DNA of 64,000 bases from positions 10,976 through 74,975 of the forward strand of contig JADYZH010000094.1 of the NCBI GenBank assembly GCA_020853215.1, in the 5' to 3' direction. A program made the translations under genes and the position numbers. Positions 29,669 to 40,531 of this stretch are shown here, piece by piece. The stretch is from Sulfuritalea sp. (lineage in GTDB: Bacteria; Pseudomonadota; Gammaproteobacteria; Burkholderiales; Rhodocyclaceae). Each line of letters begins with the position of its first letter. The first letter of the stretch is position 1. The notes beneath the pieces were generated by a model, which saw only the letters and a list, made by a program, of their open reading frames with translations, was not told the origin of the DNA and did no database searches.

Positions 29669-30274
29669 ATGCCACGCCGCAAACTTCCCTCTGCCGCCAA
29701 CAATCACCTGCGCCGCGCCATTGCAGGCGCCGCGGCTCGCCTGATGGCGGAAGAAGGCATCGGCGACTACGGGGCGGCGAAACGCAAGGCAGCTCGAAGC
29801 CTGGGCGCTTCCGACGGGGAGGCGCTGCCCACCAACGAAGAAATCGAGACCGAACTGCGCGCCTGGCAGTCGCTTTACCAGGAAGACGAACAGCGTGAAC
29901 GCGTGCGTGACTTGCGCACGACAGCGCTCGAAATCATGCAATTGCTGGCCGAGTTCCACCCCTATCTCACCGGCGGGGCGCTGGACGGAACCGCCGGTCG
30001 CTACTCCGCCGTGGAGCTCGACCTTTACGCCGACAGCAGCAAAGATGTAGAGATTGCCCTTCTATCTCACGGCATCTCCTACGAAACCATGGACAATCGC
30101 CGTGCTGGCGTCGATGCCCAATTGCGGCTGGAATGGAATGACTATCCCGTGCTTATCGCGGTTTACCCACCCGTTGCCGAAAGGCAACAGCCGAAAAGTC
30201 CGCATGGGAGTCGTGGACGCCAACGGGTCCGCGCCGAGGCGGTCATCGAACTGTTGCGGGAAACCCCGGAATGA
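29669..30274 (+). CDS. Conserved hypothetical protein (degenerate nucleotidyltransferase-like)
   Basis: IA..AARLMAEEG..DY..AKRKAA, LP.N.EIE, L.G..L.GTA...S.V.L.L.AD. Confidence 0.8.
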   Translation: MPRRKLPSAANNHLRRAIAGAAARLMAEEGIGDYGAAKRKAARSLGASDGEALPTNEEIETELRAWQSLYQEDEQRERVRDLRTTALEIMQLLAEFHPYLTGGALDGTAGRYSAVELDLYADSSKDVEIALLSHGISYETMDNRRAGVDAQLRLEWNDYPVLIAVYPPVAERQQPKSPHGSRGRQRVRAEAVIELLRETPE

Positions 30275-30816
30275 ATCGCCCCCTAGTCTGGGTAGCCATT
30301 GCTGGCACCATCGTGTTTGCCGCGTTGACTGGCTATCGGCTGACCACGATCGGCGCCCGCCCTGAAAAAATGGCGGCTCCGGTGACGGCCCCAGGACTCT
30401 CGGTCTTTGAACTGACGCTGAAGGACTTGAACGGGAAAACGCAGAACCTCGCCCAATGGCGCGGCAAGGTCCTGATCGTCAATTACTGGGCGACCTGGTG
30501 CCATCCCTGTCGCGAGGAAATGCCGGGCTTTTCCCGGCTGCAGGACAAGTATCGTGACAAAGGCATTCAATTTGTAGGTATAAGCATCGATACTGTCGAC
30601 AAAATCATCGAATTTCAGAAAACGACCCCAGTGAACTACCCCTTGCTGATCGGTGACATCAGCATCATGGAAAGCAGCGCCAAACTGGGCAACACCCGCC
30701 AAGCATTGCCTTTCACCGCTGTATTCGACCGCGAAGGCCGGCTGTCCGCAACCAAGCTGGGTCGCCTGTCGGAGCCTGAGTTGGAAGGGCAACTGAAAGA
30801 ACTGATTTCACGGTAG
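30271..30816 (+). CDS. TlpA-family thiol:disulfide oxidoreductase
   Basis: N-terminal TM; [16 protein letters not shown]. Confidence 0.92.
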   Translation: MNRPLVWVAIAGTIVFAALTGYRLTTIGARPEKMAAPVTAPGLSVFELTLKDLNGKTQNLAQWRGKVLIVNYWATWCHPCREEMPGFSRLQDKYRDKGIQFVGISIDTVDKIIEFQKTTPVNYPLLIGDISIMESSAKLGNTRQALPFTAVFDREGRLSATKLGRLSEPELEGQLKELISR

Positions 30817-30854
30817 CTGGACAAACTGCGGTCATTTGCGGCAAACTTGCGCCT

Positions 30855-31343
30855 ATGACGAAGCAAACACGCACCAAAGCAAATACCAGCCGAGGGTCGA
30901 ACCATGCCGTTCTGGTGCTCCACGGCCCGAATCTGAACCTGCTGGGCAGTCGTGAGCCGGACATTTACGGGCGCACCACACTGGCCAGCATCCACACCGC
31001 CATGGAAGCACGCGCCCGATCCTTCGGCCTCCGGCTGGAAAGCTTTCAAAGCAACCACGAAGGCGAACTGATCGACAGAGTGCAGTCGGCCCGCGAGCAG
31101 GGCGTGCGCTTCATCATCATCAACCCGGCCGGCTATACCCACACCAGCGTTGCCTTGCGCGACGCGCTGGCGGCCGTCGCGATCCCCTTTATAGAAGTCC
31201 ACCTGTCGAACGTTCATGCACGGGAGGCGTTCCGCCACCATTCGTATTTTTCCGATATCGCCGTCGGCGTGATCGCGGGACTTGGCGCGCAGGGCTACGA
31301 ACTGGCCCTGGAAGCCGCTTTAGCCCGCCTGCGTGCTGCCTGA
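30855..31343 (+). CDS. aroQ: Type II 3-dehydroquinate dehydratase
   Basis: [36 protein letters not shown]. Confidence 0.97.
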   Translation: MTKQTRTKANTSRGSNHAVLVLHGPNLNLLGSREPDIYGRTTLASIHTAMEARARSFGLRLESFQSNHEGELIDRVQSAREQGVRFIIINPAGYTHTSVALRDALAAVAIPFIEVHLSNVHAREAFRHHSYFSDIAVGVIAGLGAQGYELALEAALARLRAA

Positions 31344-31394
31344 TCCCCCGATTGCGGCAGCCCTGCGGCTGCCGTTTCCTTTTTAGGAGTCCCC

Positions 31395-31853
<459 letters not shown>

Positions 31854-31855
31854 GC

Positions 31856-33220
31856 ATGTTCGGCAAGGTTCTCATAGCAAACCGCGGGGAAATCGCGCTG
31901 CGCATCCTGCGCGCCTGCCGCGAACTCGGCGTTCGCACCGTCGCGGTGCACTCGGAGGCCGACACCGAGGCGAAATACGTCAAGCTGGCCGACGAATCGG
32001 TATGCATCGGACCGGCGCCGTCGAGCCAGAGCTATCTCAACATTCCCGCCATCATTTCCGCGGCGGAAGTCACCGACGCCGAGGCGATCCACCCCGGCTA
32101 CGGCTTCCTTTCGGAAAATGCTGACTTCGGCGAACGGGTCGAAAAATCCGGCTTTGCCTTCATCGGCCCGCGGCCCGAGACCATCCGTCTGATGGGCGAT
32201 AAGGTCAGCGCGAAAGACGCCATGAAGGCCGCCGGGGTGCCCTGCGTCCCGGGTTCGGAAGGCGCACTGCCCGATGACCCGAAGGAAATCGTCAAGATCG
32301 GCCGCGCCGTGGGCTACCCGGTGATCATCAAGGCGGCCGGTGGTGGTGGCGGACGCGGCATGCGCGTGGTGCATACCGAAGCCGCCTTGATCAACGCGGT
32401 CGCCATGACCCGCGCCGAGGCCGGCGCCGCCTTCAACAATCCAACCGTGTACATGGAGAAGTTCCTCGAGAACCCGCGCCACGTGGAAATCCAGGTGCTC
32501 TCCGATGCCCATCGCAATTCGGTCTATCTGGGCGAGCGTGATTGCTCGATGCAGCGCCGGCACCAGAAGGTGATCGAGGAAGCCCCGGCGCCCGACATCA
32601 ACCGGCGCGTGCTAGCGCGCTTGGGCGACCGCTGCGCCGAGGCCTGCCGCAAGATCAGCTACCGCGGTGCCGGCACCTTCGAGTTCCTTTACGAAAACGG
32701 CGAGTTCTACTTCATCGAAATGAACACCCGGGTCCAGGTCGAGCATCCGGTCACCGAACTGATCACCGGCATCGACATCGTCCAGGCCCAGATCCGCATC
32801 GCCGCCGGCGAGAAGCTCTGGTTCAAGCAGCGCGACATCGAAATTCGCGGCCACGCGGTCGAATGCCGCATCAACGCCGAAGACCCCTTCAAGTTCACGC
32901 CCTCGCCGGGCAAGATCAACAACTGGCATCCGCCCGGCGGCCCCGGCATCCGCGTCGATTCCCACGCCTATTCCGGCTACACCGTACCGCCTCACTACGA
33001 CTCGATGATCGGCAAAGTGATCGCTTACGGCGATACCCGCGAGCAGGCCATCCGGCGGATGCGGATCGCGCTGTCGGAAATGATGGTGGACGGCATCAAG
33101 ACCAACATCCCGCTGCACCAGGACCTGATGCTGGACCAGCGCTTCATCAAGGGTGGCGCCAGCATCCATTACCTCGAAGAAAAGCTCGCCGCCCGTAGCG
33201 AGGCGACCAAGGGCAAATAG
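31856..33220 (+). CDS. accC: Acetyl-CoA carboxylase biotin carboxylase subunit
   Basis: [34 protein letters not shown]. Confidence 0.98.
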   Translation: MFGKVLIANRGEIALRILRACRELGVRTVAVHSEADTEAKYVKLADESVCIGPAPSSQSYLNIPAIISAAEVTDAEAIHPGYGFLSENADFGERVEKSGFAFIGPRPETIRLMGDKVSAKDAMKAAGVPCVPGSEGALPDDPKEIVKIGRAVGYPVIIKAAGGGGGRGMRVVHTEAALINAVAMTRAEAGAAFNNPTVYMEKFLENPRHVEIQVLSDAHRNSVYLGERDCSMQRRHQKVIEEAPAPDINRRVLARLGDRCAEACRKISYRGAGTFEFLYENGEFYFIEMNTRVQVEHPVTELITGIDIVQAQIRIAAGEKLWFKQRDIEIRGHAVECRINAEDPFKFTPSPGKINNWHPPGGPGIRVDSHAYSGYTVPPHYDSMIGKVIAYGDTREQAIRRMRIALSEMMVDGIKTNIPLHQDLMLDQRFIKGGASIHYLEEKLAARSEATKGK

Positions 33221-33224
33221 CGGG

Positions 33225-34136
33225 ATGTGGGTCAGCGTCGCCCTTGAAACCGACGCCGCGCATGCGGACGCGCTGTCCGAGGCCCTGCTCACCGCCGGCG
33301 CGATCTCCGTCAGCGTCGAGGACGCGCAGGCGGGCACCGACGAAGAAACGCCGCAATTCGGCGAACCGGGTGGCGCCAACGGCCAACCCATCGTGCCCTT
33401 GTGGGCCGAGAGCCGCGTCGTCGCACTGTTCGATCCGGCGCCCGACCTGATCGGGCGCATCGCCGCGGCGACGATCGCCGCCGGCATCGACGACCTGCCC
33501 GAAATCGAACTGGAGGACGTCGCCGAGCAGGACTGGGTGCGGCTAACCCAGAGCCAGTTCGATCCGATCCGGATCAACGACCGACTGTGGATCGTGCCGT
33601 CCTGGCACGCCGCACCGGATCCGAGCGCGATCAACCTGATGCTCGATCCGGGCTTGGCCTTCGGCACCGGTTCGCATCCCACCACCTTCTTTTGCCTGCA
33701 GTGGCTCAGCGAAATCCTCGGCGGCGAACCAGGGCGGCCGCTCAGCGTACTTGATTACGGCTGCGGTTCAGGCATCCTCGGCATCGCGGCGGCGAAGCTG
33801 GGCGCGGCGTCGGTGCTGGGGGTGGATATCGACGACAATGCCCTGATCGCCGCGGGCGACAACGCAATCAACAATAAGGTGGCGCTTGCCTTGCGCCACT
33901 CCAAGGAACCGCTGGACGAACGCTTCGACATCGTGATCGCCAACATCCTGACCAACCCCTTGTGCGTGCTGGCGCCGCTATTGGCCGGGCGCGTCGCCAC
34001 GGGCGGACGCATCGCGCTTGCCGGTGTGCTGGCGCCGCAGGCGGCGCAGGTCATCGCCGCCTACACGCCTTGGCTCGCCCTGTACGTCGGCGCCGAGCGC
34101 GAAGGCTGGGTGCGGCTGGAAGGCCAACAGTGCTGA
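33225..34136 (+). CDS. prmA: Ribosomal protein L11 methyltransferase
   Basis: LDPGLAFGTGSHPTT, VLDYGCGSGIL, ANIL. Confidence 0.96.
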   Translation: MWVSVALETDAAHADALSEALLTAGAISVSVEDAQAGTDEETPQFGEPGGANGQPIVPLWAESRVVALFDPAPDLIGRIAAATIAAGIDDLPEIELEDVAEQDWVRLTQSQFDPIRINDRLWIVPSWHAAPDPSAINLMLDPGLAFGTGSHPTTFFCLQWLSEILGGEPGRPLSVLDYGCGSGILGIAAAKLGAASVLGVDIDDNALIAAGDNAINNKVALALRHSKEPLDERFDIVIANILTNPLCVLAPLLAGRVATGGRIALAGVLAPQAAQVIAAYTPWLALYVGAEREGWVRLEGQQC

Positions 34137-35167
34137 CCCGCTGCCCTTCCTGCGCGACCCATTTCCGCGTCACGCCGGAGCAACTCAAGGCGCGCAGCGG
34201 ACGCGTGCGCTGCGGCGAATGCCAGAACGTCTTCAATGCCCTGGATAGCCTGATCGAGGAACCGGTCCTGGTCGTCGCGCCGCCGATGCCCCTGCCTGCG
34301 CAAGCCGAGGAGACGCATCGGTGCGAAGACGCCCCGTCGGTCGACCGGCCGGATGAAACCGCCGTGCCGCCGGCGCCGACTTTTTCAGAACCGGAATCCG
34401 GGTCGATGCTCCCGGCGACGCCCGCGGCAAGGGAAGAGCCCCCGCCGGTGCCGGAGACCGTGGCGGCCGATCCGCCCACCGTGGAGCCTCTCGCAGTCCA
34501 CGAACAGGAAGCCGAACCCGTGCCTGCACCCGAACCGCTGCCGGCGGTGGAATCGGTCGAACCGGCTGGCGACGAAACGCTCGCCGCGCCGACCGCGGTG
34601 ACTGGAACAACGACGGCCGAGGCCGAGCCTCCCGAACCGCCAGAGGCAGCCACCGGCGGCTGGGATACCGTGCTTCCCGAGCCGCCCCCGCCACGGCGCT
34701 GGCCTTGGGTGGCCGGCAACCTGGCCGCACTCATCGCGCTGGTGTTGCAGGCCGCGCTGGTTTTTCGCGTCGAACTGGCGGTTCTGCAACCGGAAAGCCG
34801 TCCGGCCCTGGAGTTCCTCTGCGAGTTCGCCGGGTGCGAAGTCGGCCTGCCGGCGAAGGTCGGGCTGGTGGGAATCGAGGCCTCCGATCTCCATCCCGAC
34901 AGCGAACACCAGGGCCGCCTGGCGCTGGCGGCGACACTCAAGAACCGCGCCCCCTTCGCCCAGCAGTTTCCGCACCTGGAGCTGGCGCTGACCGACACGG
35001 TCGACCAGGCCATCGCGCGCAAGGTGCTGGCGCCGGCGGACTACCTGCCGGCGACGGCGGACATCTCCGGCGGCATGAAGCCCAACGCCGATACCATGAT
35101 CGCCCTGGGCATCGACTCCGGCGGCATGGCGGCCAGCGGCTACCGTCTCTATCTCTTCTACCCCTGA
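34130..35167 (+). CDS. Zinc-ribbon and DUF3426 domain membrane protein
   Basis: GTG start; TRCPSC.T.FRV...VRCGEC..VFNA, Pro/Glu-rich linker, TM, C-terminal GYRLYLFYP. Confidence 0.9.
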   Translation: MLTRCPSCATHFRVTPEQLKARSGRVRCGECQNVFNALDSLIEEPVLVVAPPMPLPAQAEETHRCEDAPSVDRPDETAVPPAPTFSEPESGSMLPATPAAREEPPPVPETVAADPPTVEPLAVHEQEAEPVPAPEPLPAVESVEPAGDETLAAPTAVTGTTTAEAEPPEPPEAATGGWDTVLPEPPPPRRWPWVAGNLAALIALVLQAALVFRVELAVLQPESRPALEFLCEFAGCEVGLPAKVGLVGIEASDLHPDSEHQGRLALAATLKNRAPFAQQFPHLELALTDTVDQAIARKVLAPADYLPATADISGGMKPNADTMIALGIDSGGMAASGYRLYLFYP

Positions 35168-35182
35168 CCTGCGGAAACCTGA

Positions 35183-36118
35183 ATGAAAACACTCATCTGC
35201 GGATCGATCGCCTACGACACCATCATGGTATTCGGCGACCGCTTCAAGAACCACATCCTGCCCGAACAGATCCACATCCTCAACGTCGCCTTCCTGGTGC
35301 CCGACATGCGCCGCGAATTCGGCGGCTGCGCTGGCAACATCGCCTACAACCTCAGGCTGCTGGGCGGCGAACCGCTGATCATGGCCACCATCGGCGACGA
35401 CAGCGGACCCTACATGCATCGCCTCAAACAACTCGGGCTCGATGCGACACACGTCCGTGATGTGCCCGGTAGCTTTACCGCCCAGGCCTTCATCACCACC
35501 GACCTCGACGACAACCAGATCACCGCCTTCCATCCCGGCGCGATGACGCAGTCGCACCTGAACAAGGTGAGCGACGCCCGCGACGTCAGCCTTGGCATCG
35601 TGTCACCGGACGGACGCGCCGGCATGCTGCAGCATGCACGCGAATTCCGCGCGGCCGGCATCCCCTTCGTCTTCGATCCGGGCCAGGGCCTGCCGATGTT
35701 CGACGGTACCGAACTGATGGATTTCCTGAAGCTCGCCGACTACTGCACGGTCAATGACTACGAGGCCCGGTTGCTGACGGAGCGCACCGGCCTTTCGCTG
35801 GAGCGCCTGGCCGAGGAAGTCACGGCCTTGATCGTGACCCTGGGCGGCAACGGCTCACAGATTTACGCTGCGGGTCGCCGCATCGACATTCCGGTGGCGC
35901 CTCCGGAAAGCCTGATCGATCCGACCGGTTGCGGCGATGCCTACCGCGCCGGCCTGCTGTATGGCATCGGCAAGGGCTGGGACTGGGAACGGACCGGGCG
36001 GCTGGCCTCCCTGATGGGCTCGCTCAAGATCGCCCACCGCGGCGGCCAGAACCACAAGCCGACACGGGACGACATCGCCGCGCGTTACAGTAGCGCTTTC
36101 GACGACCGTCTCTGGTAA
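35183..36118 (+). CDS. PfkB-family carbohydrate/nucleoside kinase (adenosine kinase-like)
   Basis: GSIAYDTIM, GGCAGNIAY, DPTGCGDAYRAG. Confidence 0.92.
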   Translation: MKTLICGSIAYDTIMVFGDRFKNHILPEQIHILNVAFLVPDMRREFGGCAGNIAYNLRLLGGEPLIMATIGDDSGPYMHRLKQLGLDATHVRDVPGSFTAQAFITTDLDDNQITAFHPGAMTQSHLNKVSDARDVSLGIVSPDGRAGMLQHAREFRAAGIPFVFDPGQGLPMFDGTELMDFLKLADYCTVNDYEARLLTERTGLSLERLAEEVTALIVTLGGNGSQIYAAGRRIDIPVAPPESLIDPTGCGDAYRAGLLYGIGKGWDWERTGRLASLMGSLKIAHRGGQNHKPTRDDIAARYSSAFDDRLW

Positions 36119-36128
36119 AGGAGGTATC

Positions 36129-36590
36129 GTGAATTCCTATCGCTTGCTTGCAGTCGCACTCTCGGCCGTCGCACTCCTCGGATTGAGCGCATGCGCCGGC
36201 AGCCAATCAGGTTCTGCCTACTCGCGTTCGCAAACGCGCGGCGAAATGCTGGTGCGCATGGGGATCGTCGAATCGGTGCGCACGGTAACCATCGAAGGCA
36301 CCCAGTCCGGGGTCGGCATGGTTGCCGGCGGGGTGCTGGGAGGGCTGGCCGGCAGCAATGTCGGCAAGGGCTCGGGTTCCACCGCCGGCGCGGTCGTCGG
36401 TGCCGTCCTCGGCGGCCTGGCCGGCCAGGCCATCGAAGAACAAACCAGCAAGAAGGCCGGACTGGAAATCACCATCAGGCTAGACAGCGGCCAGATCATC
36501 GCGGTAACCCAGGAAGCCGACGAAGCCTTCAACCCCGGCGAACGGGTGCGCATCCTTTCCGGCGACGGTGTGACGCGCGTTTCGCACTGA
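36129..36590 (+). CDS. slyB: Outer-membrane glycine-zipper lipoprotein SlyB/Pcp
   Basis: Lipobox LSAC, glycine zipper GGVLGGLAGS.VG.G.G, EITIRLDSG. Confidence 0.88.
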   Translation: MNSYRLLAVALSAVALLGLSACAGSQSGSAYSRSQTRGEMLVRMGIVESVRTVTIEGTQSGVGMVAGGVLGGLAGSNVGKGSGSTAGAVVGAVLGGLAGQAIEEQTSKKAGLEITIRLDSGQIIAVTQEADEAFNPGERVRILSGDGVTRVSH

Positions 36591-36667
36591 CGGCCGCTCT
36601 TCGCTGGTCCGGCTTCAGCCGGCCATGGGTGGCTGGCGGACTGACGTCCACCCCACCGAACAGATCC

Positions 36668-37504
36668 TCAGTCCCAGCCCGATGGCTTCGCCTGCTGCGG
36701 ACACGGCTGGCGGAATACCCGTCGGTCTTCGAGCCGCACCGCAGTCAGGCAGCCACCCCAGAGGCAGCCGGTATCGAGCGCGAGAATGTTCGCCTCATCG
36801 CGAAATCCCAGCGCCGACCAGTGCCCGCAGACGATCAGATGGTCGGCGCTGGCGCGGTGCGGCACCTCGAACCACGGCAGGCAATCCGCCGGCCCCTTGT
36901 CGGGCGGCGCCTTGGCGCCCGCCGCGCGAAACTCCATGGCACCCGCCGCGGTCACGTAGCGCATGCGCGTCATCGCATTGACCACGACGCGGAGGCGATC
37001 CCAACCGGCCAGATCATCACTCCATGAATCCGGCTCGGAACCCCACATGTTGGCCAGGAAATCGCTGTAGCCGGGCGCCGTCAGAGCAAGCGAGGCCTCG
37101 TCGGAAAGCGCCTGCGCCTGCGCCACGGTCCAGGTCGGCAACAAACCGGCATGCACCATCGCCCACTCGCCTTCGACATGGAACAGCGGCTGCGCCCGCA
37201 GCCAGGCCAGCAGTTCGTCGCGGTCCGGAGCGGTGAGGATCGCTGCCAGCGTATCCTCCTTGTTCGACTTGCCGTAGCCTTCGACCTGCATCACCAGATG
37301 CAGGTCGTGATTGCCGAGCACCACGCTCGCCGCGGACCCCAGCGCCTTGACGAAGCGCAGCACCTCGAGCGAGGCCGGCCCGCGATTGACCAGGTCGCCG
37401 ACGAACCAGGCGCGGTCGATGGCCGGGTCGAAATCGACATAGTCGAAAAGACGGCGTAGCGGGTCATAACAGCCCTGCAGGTCGCCGATTGCATAGGTCG
37501 CCAT
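36668..37504 (-). CDS. apaH: Symmetrical bis(5'-nucleosyl)-tetraphosphatase
   Basis: MATYAIGDLQGC, GDLVNRGP, LGNHDLH, GHWSALG, LDTGCLWGG. Confidence 0.97.
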   Translation of the reverse strand: MATYAIGDLQGCYDPLRRLFDYVDFDPAIDRAWFVGDLVNRGPASLEVLRFVKALGSAASVVLGNHDLHLVMQVEGYGKSNKEDTLAAILTAPDRDELLAWLRAQPLFHVEGEWAMVHAGLLPTWTVAQAQALSDEASLALTAPGYSDFLANMWGSEPDSWSDDLAGWDRLRVVVNAMTRMRYVTAAGAMEFRAAGAKAPPDKGPADCLPWFEVPHRASADHLIVCGHWSALGFRDEANILALDTGCLWGGCLTAVRLEDRRVFRQPCPQQAKPSGWD

Positions 37505-37517
37505 GGAGGGCACGCCT

Positions 37518-39341
37518 TCAGTGGGTCGCCGGCCGGTACTCCGGCACCCGGCACACCAGCCCCCGCTTGGCTTCCGCTTCGTCGCGCCAGGTTGCCGCCA
37601 ACCAGTGTTCAAGGTCGGCAAGCCACTCCTGGTCGGGCGCCGCCGACGGCCTGGCGATGCGCAGCTTGGGGTGCGGCGTCGGCAGGGTCGATTCGCCGTC
37701 GGCGAGCAATTCCTCGTAGAGCTTCTCGCCCGGACGCAGGCCGGTGAATTCGATCTTTATTTCTTCATCTGCGAATCCTGAAAGCCGGATCATGTCACGC
37801 GCCAGGTCGACGATCTTCACCGGTTCGCCCATGTCGAGCACGAACACCCGTCCGCCCTCGGCCTCGCGCGCCGCCATCAGGCCTGCCTGCAGCACCAGTT
37901 GCGCCGCCTCCGGGATCAGCATGAAGTAGCGGATGATGTCCGGATGCGTGACGGTGACGGGACCGCCCTTCGCGATCTGTTCGCGAAAGCGCGGGATCAC
38001 GCTGCCCGAGGAACCCAGCACATTGCCGAAGCGCACCATGACGAAGCGCGTCGCCGCGGTCTGCGCCTGCAACGCCTGGCAGGCCATCTCCGCCAGGCGC
38101 TTGCTGGCGCCCATGACATTGGTCGGATTGACCGCCTTGTCGGTTGAAACCAGCACGAACTCGCCGGTTCCACTGGCAAGTGCGGCGCGCGCGACATTGA
38201 GCGTGCCCTGCACGTTGTTCTTCACCGCTTCCCAGGCATTGTCACGCTCCATCAGCGGCACATGCTTGTAGGCGGCGGCATGGAACACCACGTCGGGCCG
38301 GTGCGCGGCAAACACCGCCGCCATACGCGCGGCATCCTTGACATCGCCCATCACGCAGCTCACCGGCTGCAAGGCGAACTCCTGCTCGATGCTGTAGAGC
38401 GCGAACTCGGACTGCTCGACGAACACCAGCCGGTGCGGCGCGAAGCGGATGATCTGGCGGCACAACTCGGAGCCGATGGAGCCGCCGGCGCCGGTGACGA
38501 GGATCACCTTCCCAGCCAATTGCTCATTCAGTCCGGCATCATCGAGCAGCACCGGCTCGCGCCCGAGCAGGTCCTCCAGCTCTACCTGCCGAACCTCGGC
38601 GGCAGTCACTCGGCCGGATAGCACATCCGCCAGCGCCGGTACGGTCAATGCCTTGAGGCCGGCGCCGACGATCAATTCGACCGCACGGCGGCGAGCCGAC
38701 GGCGATGCGGTTGGCATGGCAACGATCACGGTCGCCACCTGATGTGCCGCCGCAACCCGTGCCACGTCGTCCACCCGACCAAGGACAGGAACTCCCTGGA
38801 GCTGCAGGCGCAGCTTTACCGGATCGTCATCCAGCACGCCGATTGCGCGCCAGCGCTCGCTGGTCGCCATGTCGCGCAACAGCGCGGAGCCGGCCGAACC
38901 GGCGCCCAACACGAGCACCGGTTCGGCATCGAACTGCCGCGGCGAGATCAGCTGGCCGTCCTTCCACGCCCGGTAAAGGAAACGACTGCCACCCATGAAC
39001 AGCACCAGCAGTATCGGATGCAGTACCAGCACCGAGCGCGGCACATCACCCAAGCGCTGCAGCATCAGCAACAGCGCGGGGATTGCCAGCGCGACGGTAC
39101 CCGCCGCCAGCGCGATTCGACGCAAATCGGGGATGCTGGCAAAGCGCCAGATCCCCCGGTAGAGGCCGAAACCATGGAATATCACCGCCTGCAGCGGGAT
39201 GATCCACAGCAGGTTGCTCCACATCGCGTCGGCAAAATTTGTAGGGATTTCGAAGTTGAAACGCAGTGCGTAGCCGACAGTCCAGGCCAGGGCGGCGGCG
39301 CAGAGGTCATGGAAAGAGGCTGTCAGCGAACGTGGATTCAC
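37518..39341 (-). CDS. Membrane-bound UDP-GlcNAc 4,6-dehydratase (WbpM/PglF/CapD family)
   Basis: N-terminal TMs, TGAGGSIGSEL, HAAAYKHVP, STDKAV.PTNVMGASK, RFGNVLGS, GLRPGEKLYEEL. Confidence 0.95.
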   Translation of the reverse strand: MNPRSLTASFHDLCAAALAWTVGYALRFNFEIPTNFADAMWSNLLWIIPLQAVIFHGFGLYRGIWRFASIPDLRRIALAAGTVALAIPALLLMLQRLGDVPRSVLVLHPILLVLFMGGSRFLYRAWKDGQLISPRQFDAEPVLVLGAGSAGSALLRDMATSERWRAIGVLDDDPVKLRLQLQGVPVLGRVDDVARVAAAHQVATVIVAMPTASPSARRRAVELIVGAGLKALTVPALADVLSGRVTAAEVRQVELEDLLGREPVLLDDAGLNEQLAGKVILVTGAGGSIGSELCRQIIRFAPHRLVFVEQSEFALYSIEQEFALQPVSCVMGDVKDAARMAAVFAAHRPDVVFHAAAYKHVPLMERDNAWEAVKNNVQGTLNVARAALASGTGEFVLVSTDKAVNPTNVMGASKRLAEMACQALQAQTAATRFVMVRFGNVLGSSGSVIPRFREQIAKGGPVTVTHPDIIRYFMLIPEAAQLVLQAGLMAAREAEGGRVFVLDMGEPVKIVDLARDMIRLSGFADEEIKIEFTGLRPGEKLYEELLADGESTLPTPHPKLRIARPSAAPDQEWLADLEHWLAATWRDEAEAKRGLVCRVPEYRPATH

Positions 39342-40513
39342 GATATTGCCATCCGCATCACTTCAGTCATCACCTCGCAGGTCCTTGCAAGCTCGGACTC
39401 CGTCAAAGTCGGATGCACCAGAAACATCAAGCTGGTTTCGCCGAGTTCCCGTGCGACCTGCAAACGCTCCACCGGCCGCCACCCGGTCCCGTCAAATGCC
39501 TTCTCGAGGTAAACCTCCGAACACGACCCCGTGTAGCACGGCACGCCACGCAGATTGATCTGGTCCAGGATGCGGTTTCGATTCCACCCCCCTCGCAAGC
39601 GCTCCGGCACGACATAGACGTAGCACTTGTACGCCGCGTGCACTACACCTTGCGGCACGACGGGAACCCGCAATCCGGGCAATGTCCCCGCCACGCCCCA
39701 GAGACGCTGCGCATTGAGCAGCCGGCGAGCATGCCAATCTGTCATGCGGCGCAACTGGATGCGTCCGATCACCGCCTCCATCTCGATCATGCGCCAGTTG
39801 CTGCCGAAGGATTCATGCAGCCAGCGAAACCCCGTCGGCGGGTCCTGGACATGCACCGCCTCCCAACTCTTGCCATGATCCTTGCAGGACCATATCGATG
39901 ACCACAGCGTCTTGTCATTGGTGGTGACCATGCCGCCTTCGCCACCCGTACTCATGATCTTGTCCTGGCAGAAGGACCAGGCCGCCACCTGCCCGATCGA
40001 GCCGACGCTGCGCCCCCGGTAGCGGGCGCCATGTGCCTGGGCGCAATCCTCGATGACCATCAGGCCATGCCGTTCGGCCAATGCCATGACGGGATCCATG
40101 TCGCACGGCCATCCGGCCAGATGAACACATACGATGGCCCGGGTACGCGCTGTCAGCACCCGTTCGATGGTGCGCGCGGAAATGTTGCCGCTATCCTGTT
40201 CGACATCGGCAAAGACCGGGATCGCCCCGGCGTTCACCACGCAGGAAACGCTGGCGATGAAGCTGCGCGGTGTCACCACGACCTCATCGCCCGGCCCGAT
40301 GCCCAGAGCCTTGAGCGCCCCATCGAGTGCCAGCGTGCCATTGGCCAGGGCGACTGCATAAGCCGAACCGGACCACGCCGCGAACTCCTTTTCAAACTCG
40401 CGGCACTCCGAACCGGTCCAGTAGTTGACCCTGTTGGAAAGCAGCACCCGGCGCACGGCGTCGGCCTCTTCTGGTGTGAAATCGGGCCAGGGAGAAAATG
40501 GAGTATTCAGCAT
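39338..40513 (-). CDS. DegT/DnrJ aminotransferase (bacillosamine-pathway type)
   Basis: MLNTPFSPWP, NYWTG, EDCAQAHG, SFCQDKIMSTGGEGG. Confidence 0.92.
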   Translation of the reverse strand: MLNTPFSPWPDFTPEEADAVRRVLLSNRVNYWTGSECREFEKEFAAWSGSAYAVALANGTLALDGALKALGIGPGDEVVVTPRSFIASVSCVVNAGAIPVFADVEQDSGNISARTIERVLTARTRAIVCVHLAGWPCDMDPVMALAERHGLMVIEDCAQAHGARYRGRSVGSIGQVAAWSFCQDKIMSTGGEGGMVTTNDKTLWSSIWSCKDHGKSWEAVHVQDPPTGFRWLHESFGSNWRMIEMEAVIGRIQLRRMTDWHARRLLNAQRLWGVAGTLPGLRVPVVPQGVVHAAYKCYVYVVPERLRGGWNRNRILDQINLRGVPCYTGSCSEVYLEKAFDGTGWRPVERLQVARELGETSLMFLVHPTLTESELARTCEVMTEVMRMAIS

Positions 40514-40531
40514 GAAAATTAAGCGGTTCGA

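Noticed and set aside
29669-30274. Nucleotidyltransferase-like ORF as a toxin-antitoxin or defence gene
   Set aside because: Catalytic motif is degenerate, there is no HEPN partner, and it sits in conserved core synteny with mpl and tlpA.
34260-34690. Pro/Glu/Ala-rich repetitive stretch
   Set aside because: Ordinary low-complexity linker of zinc-ribbon/DUF3426 proteins; no regular DNA repeat.
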